In this document: piece by piece, positions 1 through 12,000 of the stretch
How the letters are laid out: the number at the start of each line of letters is the position of its first letter
Position numbering within the stretch: the first letter of the stretch is position 1
Source: Scyliorhinus canicula
Taxonomy: Eukaryota
Reading direction: 5' to 3'
Length of the DNA: 64,000 nucleotides
Assembly (NCBI RefSeq): GCF_902713615.1
Contig: NC_052175.1
Coordinates: 9,403,271-9,467,270 of the forward strand
Program-made: the position numbers and the translations under genes
The notes under the pieces: generated by a model
Told to the model about the DNA's origin: nothing
What the model saw: the letters and a program-made list of their open reading frames with translations, nothing else
Databases searched by the model: none

Positions 1-769
1 TGTAAACATTTTACTACAACTAATTATTAATTTTGGGCATATCGTCTCCTCTCAGATCTGATTAAAAAATGCTTTGGTTTCAATAGTTAACTTTTATTTC
101 TTTGATTTCGAATCGTTTAATTTTCCAATTGTCCCCAGCTCATAACTTTGCCTTTGATTTTGACTTAAATGATGGTTCTCGTAGACAGGTCGTCTCCAAT
201 TTTCTTTTAATTGAATTGATGTTCGTAGAATTTTACACTTTAAAATTGACACCAAATTCGACTGGGCTTCTTCCATTCTTTCCAGCTGTTTACTAAGAGA
301 GTTTATTTCAATTAAGGTGTGAAACTTTGCTTTTAGCTGTATGCTAAAATTTAACTTGGTTATGACTTGAAATATTTGCCTGTTTTAAACATTCGTCACT
401 TAATGCAATTGAAACTCTCATACATGCTTTTTCAGATGCTTCCTGAGATAGTTACATTCCATGAAGGTGTGAGCCATTGTTTTAGCTTACCACATGAAAC
501 CTATGTGTTTGCTAAACCTGCTTGTGATCAAGAATCTGCATTTTATAACCCTGCTCTTTGCAGCTGCTATTAACCTATTGTGGGATCTTTCCTTGTACCC
601 TCTCAAACCAGATATTGCCAGACTTCCATGTTTCAAATGACACATTTTTCTGTATTTTCAAGAACAGCATGTATTTGCTTAGTTTGGCCCTTTGTTCCAC
701 GCTGTAACTATTACTATGTTTTGATGTACATTTGGCAATGAGCTCTGTCGATTATTCTTTTGTCCACGG

Positions 770-1070
770 ACTTGCTTGACGATCCATGGTCCCGGGTTTG
801 ATTCCAGGCTTGGGCCACTGTCTGTGCAGAGACTACACGTTCTCCCCGTGTCTGTACGGGTTTCCTCCGGGTGCTCCGGTTTATTCCCACAGTCAAAAGA
901 TGTGCAGATGAGGTGGAGTTGCCAAAATAAATTGTCCTTAGTGTCCAAAAACGTTTGGTGGGGTTACTGGGTAACGGGGATCGGGATGGGGGTGTCGGCT
1001 TAAGTAGCGTACGCTTCCCAAGGGCAAGAACAATCGACGGGCCGAATGGACTCCTTCTGCACTGTAAATC
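770..1070 (+). mobile_element. V-SINE (HE1-like), 5'-degraded copy
   Basis: Box B-like GGTTTGATTCC, V-domain core GTGGGTTTCCTCCGGGTGCTCCGGTTT...CCACAGTC and 3' end GGGCCGAATGGACTCCTTCTGCACTGTAAA. Ends approximate. Confidence 0.85.
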
Positions 1071-1174
1071 TAGAATACCTGAGTCGATGATTCCAACAGT
1101 CAGGTAGAAAAATGCGCTTTGCTGTACACCGGCACATGTGACAATACACACAAATCAATCCATCGTTTCTCTCC

Positions 1175-1425
1175 CCTCGCCGTATATCAGGGACACTGTC
1201 GGTGAACTCTGCCCGTCAATCCCCCCCCCCCCCCATCCCTCCGTTTATAAGGGACACTCTCGGTGAACTCTATCTCTCACACCCCCTCCCACCCCCGCCC
1301 ACTCCCATTTATGGGGGACACTACCTGTGAACTCTGTCCCTCACACCCACCGCTCCGTATATCAGGGACACTGCCGGTGAGTTGTGTCCCTCACCCACCT
1401 CTCCCAACACCGTTTATCAGGGAGT
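1175..1425. repeat. Minisatellite, about 50-bp unit CCGTTTATCAGGGACACTGTCGGTGAACTCTGTCCCTCA plus C-rich spacer (array A)
   Basis: About 4-5 degenerate tandem units visible directly. Confidence 0.85.
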
Positions 1426-1761
1426 TTATTTTTTCTGAAAAGGGACATTTATCCAATTCACATATTTGGCTCTTTGAATATTTTTAACTGCTTTGCAATA
1501 TTACTTTTATCAGTGGGTTTATTTCTCTTGAGATATTTTCCAGGCTTTGTTCTCTTGTGGCTTTTCCTCCTCCTCCTCCCGGACGGCAGGGGCCGCTACA
1601 GCTCTCAGTGCTGTCCGACGTTGCTCTCAGTGTCACCTCTTGGCCCCTCACCACCAGCCCGGCCGCTACTTGTTGGCTGGAACATCCGGTCCCTAAGGAG
1701 AAGGTATGGGCGGGGCATCGCGGCCGGGCCCTTCCTCCAACAACCGTTAACTTTAATCTTG

Positions 1762-1878
1762 TGGAGATGCCGGCGTTGAACTGGGGTCAGCACAGTAAGA
1801 CGTCTTACAACACCCGCTTAAAGTCCAACATGTTTGTTTCGAATCACTAGCTTTCGGAGCACAGCTCCTTCTGTAGGA
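1762..1878 (-). mobile_element. Penelope-like short element with degenerate minimal hammerhead ribozyme
   Basis: GGAGATGCCGGCGTTGAACTGGGG head shared with 3209 and 50803. Minus strand has stem II GGAGC-TGT-GCTCC plus GAAAGCTAGTGA, but the CUGAUGA core is decayed. Confidence 0.65.
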
Positions 1879-1907
1879 GAATAAAGAGGTGGATGAATCT
1901 TTTGTCC

Positions 1908-2225
1908 ACGGAAGCACAGTGTTAGCACAGTTGCGTCAGAGCTCCAGGGTCCGTGGTTCGATTCCCGGCTGGGTCACTGTCTGTACGGATTCTGCACGTT
2001 GTCCCCGTGTCTGTGTGGGTTTCCTCCGCATGCTCCGGTTTCCTCCCACGCTCCAAAGATGTGCTGGCGATGCTAAATTGCCCTTAGTGTCCAAAAATCT
2101 TGGGTGGGGTTACTGAGTTACGAGGATCGGGTGGAGATGTGGGCTTAAGTAGGGTGCTCATTCCAACGGCGGGTGCAGACTCGATGGGCCGAATGGCCTC
2201 CTTCTGCACTGTAAGTCTATGATTA
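1908..2225 (+). mobile_element. V-SINE (HE1-like)
   Basis: tRNA-like head with GGTTCGATTCC, V-domain core and CR1-like 3' tail. Confidence 0.9.
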
Positions 2226-2324
2226 CATGTTTCTATGATTCGGGTAGAAAAAAACTTTTTGTTGTACATTTGTACATGTGACAGTAAATATTAATTTATC
2301 AATCATGTCTACTTCCTCGTTGTT

Positions 2325-2872
2325 TATCAGTGAAACTGTCGGTGAACATTGTCCCTCAACCCCCCACCCCCCGCCTAAACCGATTTATCTGGGAGACCGT
2401 CAGCGAACTCGGTCCCTCACCCCCACACCTCGCTTATCTCGGACGTCGGTGAATTCTGTCCCTCACACCCCCAGCCGTTTATCAGGGACACTGTCGCTGA
2501 ACTCTGTCCCTCATACCCACCCCCTCCCTGAGGTTTATCAGGGACACTGTCGGTGAACTCTGTCCCTCATCGCTGCATCTCCCCCTCCCCGATATTAGGG
2601 ACAGAGACTGTGAACTCCTTTCCTCATCCAACCTCCACCGCCGCTCATCAGCGAACCTGTCGGTGAACTGGGCGCCTCATTCCGCCGCCAGTCCCCGCCG
2701 CTTATCAGGGGCACTGTCGGCGAGCTCTGTCCCTCATGCCGTCCCCGAAACCCCGTTGATCAGGGTCACTGTCAGTGAACGCTGTCCCTCCAGTCCCAGC
2801 CTCGATTATCAGGGACAGAGTCGGTTAACGCTGCCCCTCATCCCCCCACCCCACACACACCATTTATCGAGG
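2325..2872. repeat. Minisatellite array B, same unit as array A
   Basis: About 10 degenerate units of TTATCAGGGACACTGTCGGTGAACTCTGTCCCTCA. Confidence 0.85.
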
Positions 2873-3208
2873 CTTTTTCTTTTTCTGAAAAGGAAAGTTT
2901 TCTCCAATTCACACATTTGGCAATTTTAATATTTTAGCTACATTATAATAATATCTGTGTCAGTGGATTTATTTCTTTTGAGATATTATCCAGTCTTTAT
3001 TCCCTGTGTGCCTGTTCCTCCTCTTCCTCTTGGACGCCAGGGGCCGCTACAGACCGTGGTGCAGTGCCAAATGTTCCTCTCTGTGTCACCCCTTGCCCAT
3101 GCAACCTCAACCCGGCCGCTGCTTGTTGGCTGATATCCGGGCTACTGAAGAGGAAGTGCGGGCGTGGTATCACGGCCTGCCCCTCCCCCTCACTCCATTT
3201 TAATGATG

Positions 3209-3380
3209 TGGAGATGCCGGCGGTGGACTGGGTGGCTCAGTATTAAGTGTTAAAAGTCCAAATGGTTTATTGGGAATCACTAACTTTCGGGGCCTTGCTC
3301 CTTCATCAGGTGAATCAGCGAAAGGTCGTGATTCCAAATTGACCTGTTGGATTTGAACCTGGTGTTGTGAGACTTCGTAA
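3209..3380 (-). mobile_element. Penelope-like element with near-intact minimal type I hammerhead (3277-3313, minus) and an inverted partial copy
   Basis: Minus strand reads TCAC CTGATGA AGGAGCAAGGCCCC GAAA GTTA GTGA (stem I TCAC/GTGA, CUGAUGA and GAAA core). Confidence 0.7.
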
Positions 3381-3573
3381 CGATAATTTTAAATAAAGAG
3401 GAAGCAGTGAATCTTCAGAAAAGGCGTCAAAGTGACTGAAATTCTAAAAAGAACAAAGTAAGGCCCGAAGGCCAATTTAAAACAACGAAATAAACAAAAA
3501 GTCATGTTTATCTATAAACGGAGGACCGGCTGCACAGGCGAGGACGCTTCTACCGTACGGGCCACAACTAAAT

Positions 3574-3762
3574 GGGGCTGGTATAGATCACTAGGCTAAA
3601 TCGCTGGCTTTTAAAGCAGACCAAGCAGGCCAACAGCAACGTTCGATTCCCGTACCAGCCTTCCCGGACAGGCCCTGGAATGTGGCGACTAGGGGCTTTT
3701 CACAGTAACTTCATTGAAGCCTACTCGTGACAATTAGCGATTTTCATTTTCATCTCATTTCA
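3574..3762 (+). mobile_element. Second tRNA-type SINE family, about 190 bp, (TTTCA)n tail
   Basis: GGGGCTGG...GCTAAATCGCTGGCTTTTAAAGCAGACCAAG...GTTCGATTCCCGTACCAGCC...GTGACAAT..GCGATTTTCATTT. Further copies at 33603, 39555, 42259 and 51486. Confidence 0.85.
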
Positions 3763-3899
3763 CTGTCTACCCGGCAAGCCATGCTGGCCGCCTACCGTCT
3801 CCCCTGAATGCAAGATGGCCAATTGCATGCTTAGTGATGTACATTTTGAGCGGCCAATGAGAGAAGAGAGATAACGTGTTGGTGGATTTCCTCTCAGGA

Positions 3900-4744
3900 T
3901 TTAACTAATTGACGAAATGGTGGAGTGGAATTTCAAAACATTATTCAATTGCTGCCTGAACTGAGTCTGTCACGATGAAAATCGCAGTGTTTGTGCAGCA
4001 GCTCAGAAGCTGCGGCATGAAGTCCAATTCCATAACATTACGTGTGTATAGAATTGTCCCGCAAACAAAGCATCCGATACCATATAAAATAAACCATGAA
4101 CATTGACCATAACAGAATGAAAGTGGCTTTGATAATACACAGTAGAATTATGGATTTCCTTCAGCTCTCCATCTCCGGGTCTCTAGGACTCTCCCCACTG
4201 TTGTGAGCCCGGAATCTCCTGCGGGCCTGCTGTTAAAGACAATGTATCTGATGGTGGAAACATTGAGCAGCAAATGGACAAATGAAATATTGTGAAGGAA
4301 ATCGATTGCTCCCCAGACTGGAGAGTAATAAACATCACCTGTGACACCACAAAACCAGTGCAATTTCGTCATCCGATACCTAACCAAGAACATAAAATAC
4401 TAGAAAATTTTCTTGAAACAACTCAGCACAGTCAGTGTTCCCAGTCACAGCCGTCGTTTTCTCGCTGCAATATTAACTTTTCTGCTACGGTCATCAAATA
4501 GCCACAAGTCGATCAAAAGTGAATGTGACGGTGAAACAGACAGAACAAGCAGTGGCTGAAAAATGCAGAATGGCGTAGGTATTACACACAGAGATGGACC
4601 GCAGGAAATCAAACTGTTCAATAAAAACAATGGAAATATGTCTCAATATCAGGTCGAGAATAACGGCCAGTAGATCCCCCATGGCCAAATTTGGCCAGCC
4701 CACAGTTTTTTTTCTCTTCAGGATAATAATTGTGAGGAGGCTCA
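3900..4744 (-). pseudogene. GPR139-like rhodopsin-family GPCR pseudogene (main exon)
   Basis: Acceptor ttctcacAG at 4746/4745. Translates to VSLLTIIILKR...LAMGDLLAVILDLILR...CSVCFTVTFTFDRLVAI*...RKSIILLCII...FILLWSMFMV...QLLSCCTNTAIF, with stops, frameshifts and deletions. Homologous to the 49417-55149 locus. Confidence 0.85.
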
Positions 4745-4828
4745 CTGTGAGAAAGGGAAAGAAAGAATGAAATTATACATCAGGCTAGGGAAGGCATTGT
4801 CCGTTTGGTTGATTTAGTGTTAACAAAG

Positions 4829-5875
4829 ACAAACAAACAAACACTCACAGTCACAGAGACATATATACACACACACACAGAGTCACAAATGCACACACTT
4901 ACGGACAAAGATATAGAAATACACAATCTCACAGAAACAGACACAAATAAGAACATTCACAGACAAAGTGCGACACAAATACACAATCACAGACAGATAC
5001 AGAAATACACACTCACAGACACATTTGGACAAAAATACACACTCGCAGACTCAGAACACAAATACAGAAACTCACAGAGACACAAGTACACACATTCAAT
5101 GCCTCAAGTACACACACGTAAATAGAAACAAAAATGCACACGCTCATAGCCACAGAGACGCAAATACAGACACGGTCACACTGAGACACAAATACATATA
5201 CTCACACAAACACAGAGACACTAATACACACACAGACAAAGACACATATCCAGTCACACACCCACACACACACATACACACCCACACCCAGACACATGCA
5301 TCTAAACACGCCCAAAAATGTACACGCCCACACAATGACACATTTACACCGACGCACACACTTGAACCCATACACTCATCCACACACGCACACATACACA
5401 CACACACACACTCAGGACCACAACCTGACACACTGACATCCACTCACATACACGCACATGTACACATACATTTACCTAAACACACGTACATACACACAGC
5501 AACATAATCACACCCACATATGGCAATTCCACACATATACATAAGTACCCACGCACTCCCACTCACTCATATATAACCTGCACTCACCCTCACTCCCACA
5601 CACAACCACACTGACAAACACTCAGCCACATACACACCCACACGCAAACGGGGGCACACACGCTTAACCAACACACACATACACGAATCCCAGACACACA
5701 AACGCACACACCAAACCACTCACACATACAACTATGAACAACCCCCCCCAAACACACACACACCCGGAGACCACATAAACAAACGCTCACAACCAGCCGC
5801 AGGCACACAGAGACACCTACACACACACACTTTCACCCACATACCTACACATACACATACCCACACAAATGGCGA
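4829..5875. repeat. Degenerate (CA)n-rich low-complexity tract, about 1 kb
   Basis: ACAC-rich composition. ORFs here are His/Thr or Val/Cys compositional artefacts. Confidence 0.9.
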
Positions 5876-7060
5876 AATACACACCCCGCTTTTTGTTTGC
5901 ACTGAAGTGCTGAACTTGGTGCATTTAAGTGCAACAGTAAAAGGTTGGTGACTGAGGGAGTTCGGCGAGGAAGGAGCAACGTGCTCCTTTCATTTTATTT
6001 CCGCAAAGTGCAAGAAGGGAGAAAAGAGTTTAGAGTGCAGCTGACTGGAAGTAGAGTCGGAGGGCGGAGGTCCAGTTGGTCTACAGGGCAGCTATACTCT
6101 TTAAAAACAGAGGGGATGGAGGCTAGGGAAGTTGCATGCTCCTCCTGTAGGATGTGGGTTGCGAGGGATACCACCGGTGTCCCTGCTGACTATACCTGCG
6201 GGAAGTCCAGCCAACGCCAGCTCCTCAGAGACCGTGTAAGGGAACTGGAGCTGGAGCTGGATGAACTTCGGATCATCTGGGCGGCAGAGGGGGTGATCGA
6301 TAAGAGGTATAGGGAGGTAGCCACACCCAAGGTACTGGACAAGAGTAGTTGGTTTACAGTCAGGGGAGAGAAAACTAACAGGCAGACAGTGCAGGGATCC
6401 CTCGTGGCCGGTTCCCTTCAAAGCAAGTATACTGTTTTGGATGCTGTTGTGGGGGTGCGGCGGGGGCGGGGGGATGACCTACCGGGGGAAGGCCGTAGCG
6501 GCCAGGTCTCTGCCGCTGACTCTGGCTCTGGTGCTCAGAAGGGAGAGGGGATAATAGAAAAACAATCGTAATAGGATAATCAATGGTTATGGGCCTAGAT
6601 AGGAAAGTATGTGGTCGTGAGCGAAACTCCCGGAAGGTATGTTGTCCCCCAGGTGCCAGGGCCAGATATGTATCGGATCATGTCTTCAGTATTCTGAAGT
6701 GTGAGAGTGAGCAGCCTGAAGTGGTGCACATTGGTAGCGTAGGAAAAGGGATGTGGAGGCAATAAACAAATTTAGGGAGTTAGGCTGGAAGGTAAAGGAC
6801 AGGACAGACAGAGATGTCACCTCTGGTCTGTTACCGGTGACACGTGATAGCGAGGCTAGGAACAGAAAGATAGTAGTTGAACACGTGGCTGCAGGAATCG
6901 TGTAGGAGGGACGGCTTCTGTGGAAGGTGGGACTTGTAAAGCAGTACGGTTTGCATCTGAACCAGAGGGGCACCAATATCCTGGGAGGGAGATTTTCTAG
7001 TCGTCTTCGGGACGGTTTAAACTAATGTTGCCGGGGGAAGGGAAACGGATTTGTCGTCTT

Positions 7061-7394
7061 GGGGCCTCACGGTAGCATGGTGGTTAGCATCAATGCTTCA
7101 CAGCTCCAGGGTCCCAGGTTCGATTCCCGGCTGGGTCACTGTCTGTGTGGAGTCTGCACGTCCTCCCTGTGTGTGCGTGGGTTTCCTCCGGGTGCTCCGG
7201 TTTCCTCCCACAGTCCAAAGATGTGCGGGTTAGGTGGATTGGCCATGCTAAATTGCCCGTAGTGTAAGGTTAATGGGGGGATTGTTGGGTTACGGGTATA
7301 CGGGTTACGTGGGTTTAAGTAGGGTGATCATTGCTCGGCACAACATCGAGGGCCGAAGGGCCTGTTCTGTGCTGTACTGTTCTATGTTCTATGT
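7061..7394 (+). mobile_element. V-SINE (HE1-like), well preserved
   Basis: Complete head, V domain and tail GAGGGCCGAAGGGCCTGTTCTGTGCTGTACTGTTCTATGTTCTATG. Confidence 0.95.
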
Positions 7395-9047
7395 AACTAA
7401 GGAAGCCGATATAAGTGGAAAGTCTTTGGATCAAATAGATTGGATGGGGTAGTGTTTGTGCAGTGTGACCAGGAAGCGTTTCTAACAGTATGTAGATTGT
7501 CCGACTAGAGGGGATGCCATATTGGATTTGTTCCTCGGTAAAGAACCAGGGCAAGTGATAGATTTGTTAGTGGGGGAGCACTTTGGAGGTAGTAACCACA
7601 ATTCTGTGACTTTCACTTTAGTAATGGAGAGAGATAGGTGCGTGCAACAGTGCAAGGTTTACAATTGGCGGAATGGTAATTACAAAGCTGTCAGACAAGA
7701 ATTGAAGTGCATGAGTTGGGAACATAGGCTGTCAGGGAAGGACATAAGTGAAATGTAGAACTTGTTCAAGGAACGGCTAATGCGTGCCTTTGATATGTAT
7801 GTCCCTGTCAGGCAGGAAAGAGATGGTCGAGTGAGGGGACCATGGTTGACAAGAGAGGTTGAATGTATTGTTCACAGGAAGAAGGAAGCTTATGTAAGAC
7901 TGAGGAAACAAGGTTCAGACATGGCGCTGAATGGATACAATATAGCCAGGAGGGACGTGAAGAAAGGGATTAGGAGAGCTAAGAGAGGGCGTGAAAAATC
8001 TTTGGTGACAAGGATCAAATAAAACCCCAAGGCCTTTTACACATATGTGAGAAATATGAGAATGACTAGAGCGAGGGTGGGTCCGATCAAGGACAGCAGC
8101 GGGAGAGTGTGTAGAGTCTAAAGAGATAGGAGAGGTCTTGAACGATTACTTTTCTTCTGTATTTACAAACGAGAGGGTGCATGTGGTTCAGGAGACTACG
8201 TTGAAGAGACAAGTAAGCTAGAGGAGATACTTGTTAGGAAGGAAGATGTGTTGGGCGTCTTGAAAAACTTGAGGATATACAAGAATCGCCGGCCTGACGG
8301 GATATATCCAAGAATTCTATGGGAAGCCAGAAAAGAAATTGCAGAGCCTTTGGCAATGATAATTTCGTCCTCACTGTCAACAGGGGTGCTACCAGGGGGC
8401 TGGAGAGTGGCGAATGCCGTGCCCCTGTTCAAAAATGGAATAGGGATAACCCTGGGAATTACAGGCCAGTTAGTCTTACTTCGTTGTAAGGCAAAGTAAT
8501 GGAAAGGGTACTGAAGGATAGGATTTCTGACCATCTGGAAAGACACTGCTTGATTAGGGATAGTCAGCTCGGATTTGTGAGGGGTAGGTCTTGCCCTACG
8601 AGTCTTATTGTCTTCTTTGAGGAGGTGACCAAGCATGTGGATGAAGGTAAAGCAGTCGATGTAGTGTATGTGGATTTTAGTAAGGCATTTGATAAAGGTC
8701 CCCATTGTCGGCTTATGCTGAAATTAAGGAAGCATGGGCTAGTGGGGAATTTGGCCAGTTGGATAACGAACTGGCTAACCGTTGGAAGTCAGAGAGTGGT
8801 GGTGGATGGGAAATATTCAGCCGGGAGCCCAGTTACCAGTGGCGTACCGCAGGGATCAGTTCTGGGTCATCCGCTGTTTGCGATTTTCATTAATGACTTG
8901 CATGAGGGAGCTGAAGTGTGGGTCAGTAAATTTGCAGATGATACGAAGATTGGAGGAGTTGTGGATAGCGAGGAGGGCTGTTGTCGGCTGCAAAGAGGCA
9001 GAGATTGGATGCAGAGCTGGGCTGAGAAGCGGCAGATGGAGTTTAAC

Positions 9048-12000
9048 CATACCGTTTTGGATACTTGTGGGGGGGACGACTTACCAGGGGTAAGCCATGG
9101 GGTACGGGCCTCTGGCACGGAGTCTGTCCCTGTTGCTCAGAAGGGAAGGGGGGAAAGGAGTAGAACATTAGTAATTGGGGACTCAATAGTCAGGGGCACA
9201 GATAGGAGATTTTGTGGGAGCGAGAGAGACTCACGTTTGGTATGTTGCCTCCCAGGTGCAAGGGTACGTGATGTCTCGGATCGTGTTTTCCGGGTCCTTA
9301 AGGGGGAGGGGGAGCAGCCCCAAGTCGTAGTCCACATTGGCACTAACGACATAGGTAGGAAAGGGGACAAGGATGTCAGGCAGGCCTTTAGGGAGCTAGG
9401 ATGGAAGCTCAGAGCGAGAACAAACAGAGTTGTTATCTCTGGGTTGTTGCCCGTGCCACGTGATAGTGAGATGAGGAATAGGGAGAGAGAGCAATTAAAC
9501 ACGTGGCTACAGGGATGGTGCAGGCGGGAGGGATTCAGATTTCTGGATAACTGGGGCTCTTTCTGGGGAAGGTGGGACCTCTATAGACAGGATGGTCTAC
9601 ATCTGAACCTGAGGGGCACCAATATCCTGGGGGGGAGATTTGTTAGTACTCTTTGGGGGGGTTTAAACTAATTCAGCAGGGGCATGGGAACCTGGATTGT
9701 AGTTTTGGGGTGCGAGAGATTGAGAGTAGAGAGGTCAGGAGCACAGTTTTGACTTCGCAGGAGGGCGGCAGTGTTCAGGTCTGTGGTTTGAAGTGTGTCT
9801 ATTTCAATGCCAGGAGTATACGAAATAAGGTAGGGGAACTGGCAGCATGGGTTGGTACCTGGGACTTCGATGTTGTGGCCATTTCAGAGACATGGATAGA
9901 GCAGGGACAGGAATGGTTGTTGCAGGTTCCGGGGTTTAGGTGCTTTAGTAAGGTCAGAGAAGGGGGCAAAAGAGGGGGAGGTGTGGCGCTGCTAGTCAAG
10001 GACAGTATTACGGTGGTAGAAAGGATGCAAGATGGGGACTCTTCTTCCGAGGTAGTATGGGCTGAGGTTAGAAACAGGAAAGGAGAGGTCACCCTGTTGG
10101 GAGTTTTCTATAGGCCACCTAATAGTTCTAGAGATGTAGAGGAAAGGATGGCGAAGATGATTCTGGAAAAGAGCGAAAGTAACAGGGTAGTTGTTATGGG
10201 AGACTTTAACTTTCCTAATATTGACTGGAAAAGATATAGTTCGAGTACATTGGATGGGTCGTTCTTTGTACAATGTGTGCAGGAGGGTTTTCTGACACAA
10301 TATGTTGACAGGCCAACAAGAGGTGAGGTCACTTTGGATTTGGTTTTGGGTAATGAACCAGGCCAGTTGTTAGATCTGGAGGTAGGTGAACACTTTGGAG
10401 ACAGTGACCACAATTCGGTGACCTTTACGTTAGTGATGGAAAGGGATAAGTATACCCCGCAGAGCAAGAGTTATAGCTGGGGGAAGGGCAATTATGATGC
10501 CATTAGACATGACTTAGGATGTGTTGGTTGGAGAAGTAGGCTGCAAGGGTTGGGCACACTGGATATGTGGAGCTTGTTCAAGGAACAGCTATTGCATGTT
10601 CTTGATAAGTACGTACCAGTCAGGCAGGGAGGAAGGGGTCGAGCGAGGGAACCGTGGTTTACCAAAGAAGTGGAATCTCTTGTTAAGAGGAAGAAGGAGG
10701 CCTATGTGAAGATGAGGCGTGAAGTTTCAGTTGGGGCGCTTGATAGCTACAAGGAAGCGAGGAAGGATCTAAAGAGAGAGCTGAGACGAGCAAGGAGGGG
10801 ACATGAGAAGTCTTTGGCAGGTAGGATCAAGGAAAACCCAAAAGCTTTCTATAGGTATGTCAGGAATAAAAGAATGACTAGGGTAAGAGTAGGGCCAGTC
10901 AAGGACAGTGGTGGGAAGTTGTGTGTGGAGGCTGAGGAGATAAGCGAGATACTAAATGAATACTTTTCGTCAGTATTCACTCAAGAAAAAGATAATATTG
11001 TGGAGGAGAATGCTGAGACCCAGGCTATTAGAATAGATGGCATTGAGGTGCGTAGGGAAGAAGTGTTGGCAATTCTGGACAAGGTGAAAATAGATAAGTC
11101 CCCGGGGCCGGATGGGATTTATCCTAGGATTCTCTGGGAAGCCAGGGAAGAGATTGCTGAGCCTTTGGCTTTGATTTTTAGGTCATCATTGGCTACAGGA
11201 ATAGTGCCAGAGGACTGGAGGATAGCAAATGTGGTCCCTTTGTTCAAGAAGGGGAGTAGAGATAACCCCGGTAACTATAGGCCGGTGAGCCTAACGTCTG
11301 TGGTGGGTAAAGTCTTGGAGAGGATTATAAGAGATACGATTTATAATCATCTAGATAGGAATAATATGATTAGGGATAGTCAGCATGGTTTTGTGAAGGG
11401 TAGGTCATGCCTCACAAACCTTATCGAGTTCTTTGAGAAGGTGACTGAACAGGTAGACGAGGGTAGAGCAGTTGATGTGGTGTATATGGATTTCAGTAAA
11501 GCGTTTGATAAGGTTCCCCACGGTCGGCTATTGCAGAAAATACGGAGGCTGGGGATTGAGGGTGATTTAGAGATGTGGATCAGAAATTGGCTAGTTGAAA
11601 GAAGACAGAGAGTGGTAGTTGATGGGAAATGTTCAGAATGGAGTTCAGTTACGAGTGGCGTACCACAAGGATCTGTTCTGGGGCCGTTGCTGTTTGTCAT
11701 TTTTATAAATGACCTAGAGGAGGGCGCAGAAGGATGGGTGAGTAAATTTGCAGACGACACTAAAGTCGGTGGAGTTGTAGACAGTGCGGAAGGATGTTGC
11801 AGGTTACAGAGGGACATAGATAAGCTGCAGAGCTGGGCTGAGAGGTGGCAAATGGAGTTTAATGTGGAGAAGTGTGAGGTGATTCACTTTGGAAAGAATA
11901 ACAGGAATGCGGAATATTTGGCTAATGGTAAAATTCTTGGTAGTGTGGATGAGCAGAGGGATCTTGGTGTCCATGTACATAGATCCCTGAAAGTTGCCAC

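Noticed and set aside
1-640. Possible degraded coding exon on minus (coiled-coil-like 94-276 ORF)
   Set aside because: Multiple stops in all frames and no recognisable family motif.
1175-2872. CRISPR-like repeat-spacer appearance of the hairpin minisatellite
   Set aside because: Vertebrate context, degenerate units, low-complexity C-rich spacers and no cas genes.
4805-5826. Long His/Thr-rich and Val/Cys-rich ORFs
   Set aside because: Translation artefacts of the (CA)n-rich tract.
7061-7135. tRNA genes at SINE heads
   Set aside because: Only box A/B-like remnants fused to SINE bodies; no full cloverleaf.
7051-7262. Recurrent ORFs such as GSIPGWVTVCVESARPP and GFPPGAPVSSHSPKMC
   Set aside because: Chance frames of V-SINE copies, repeated wherever the SINE occurs.
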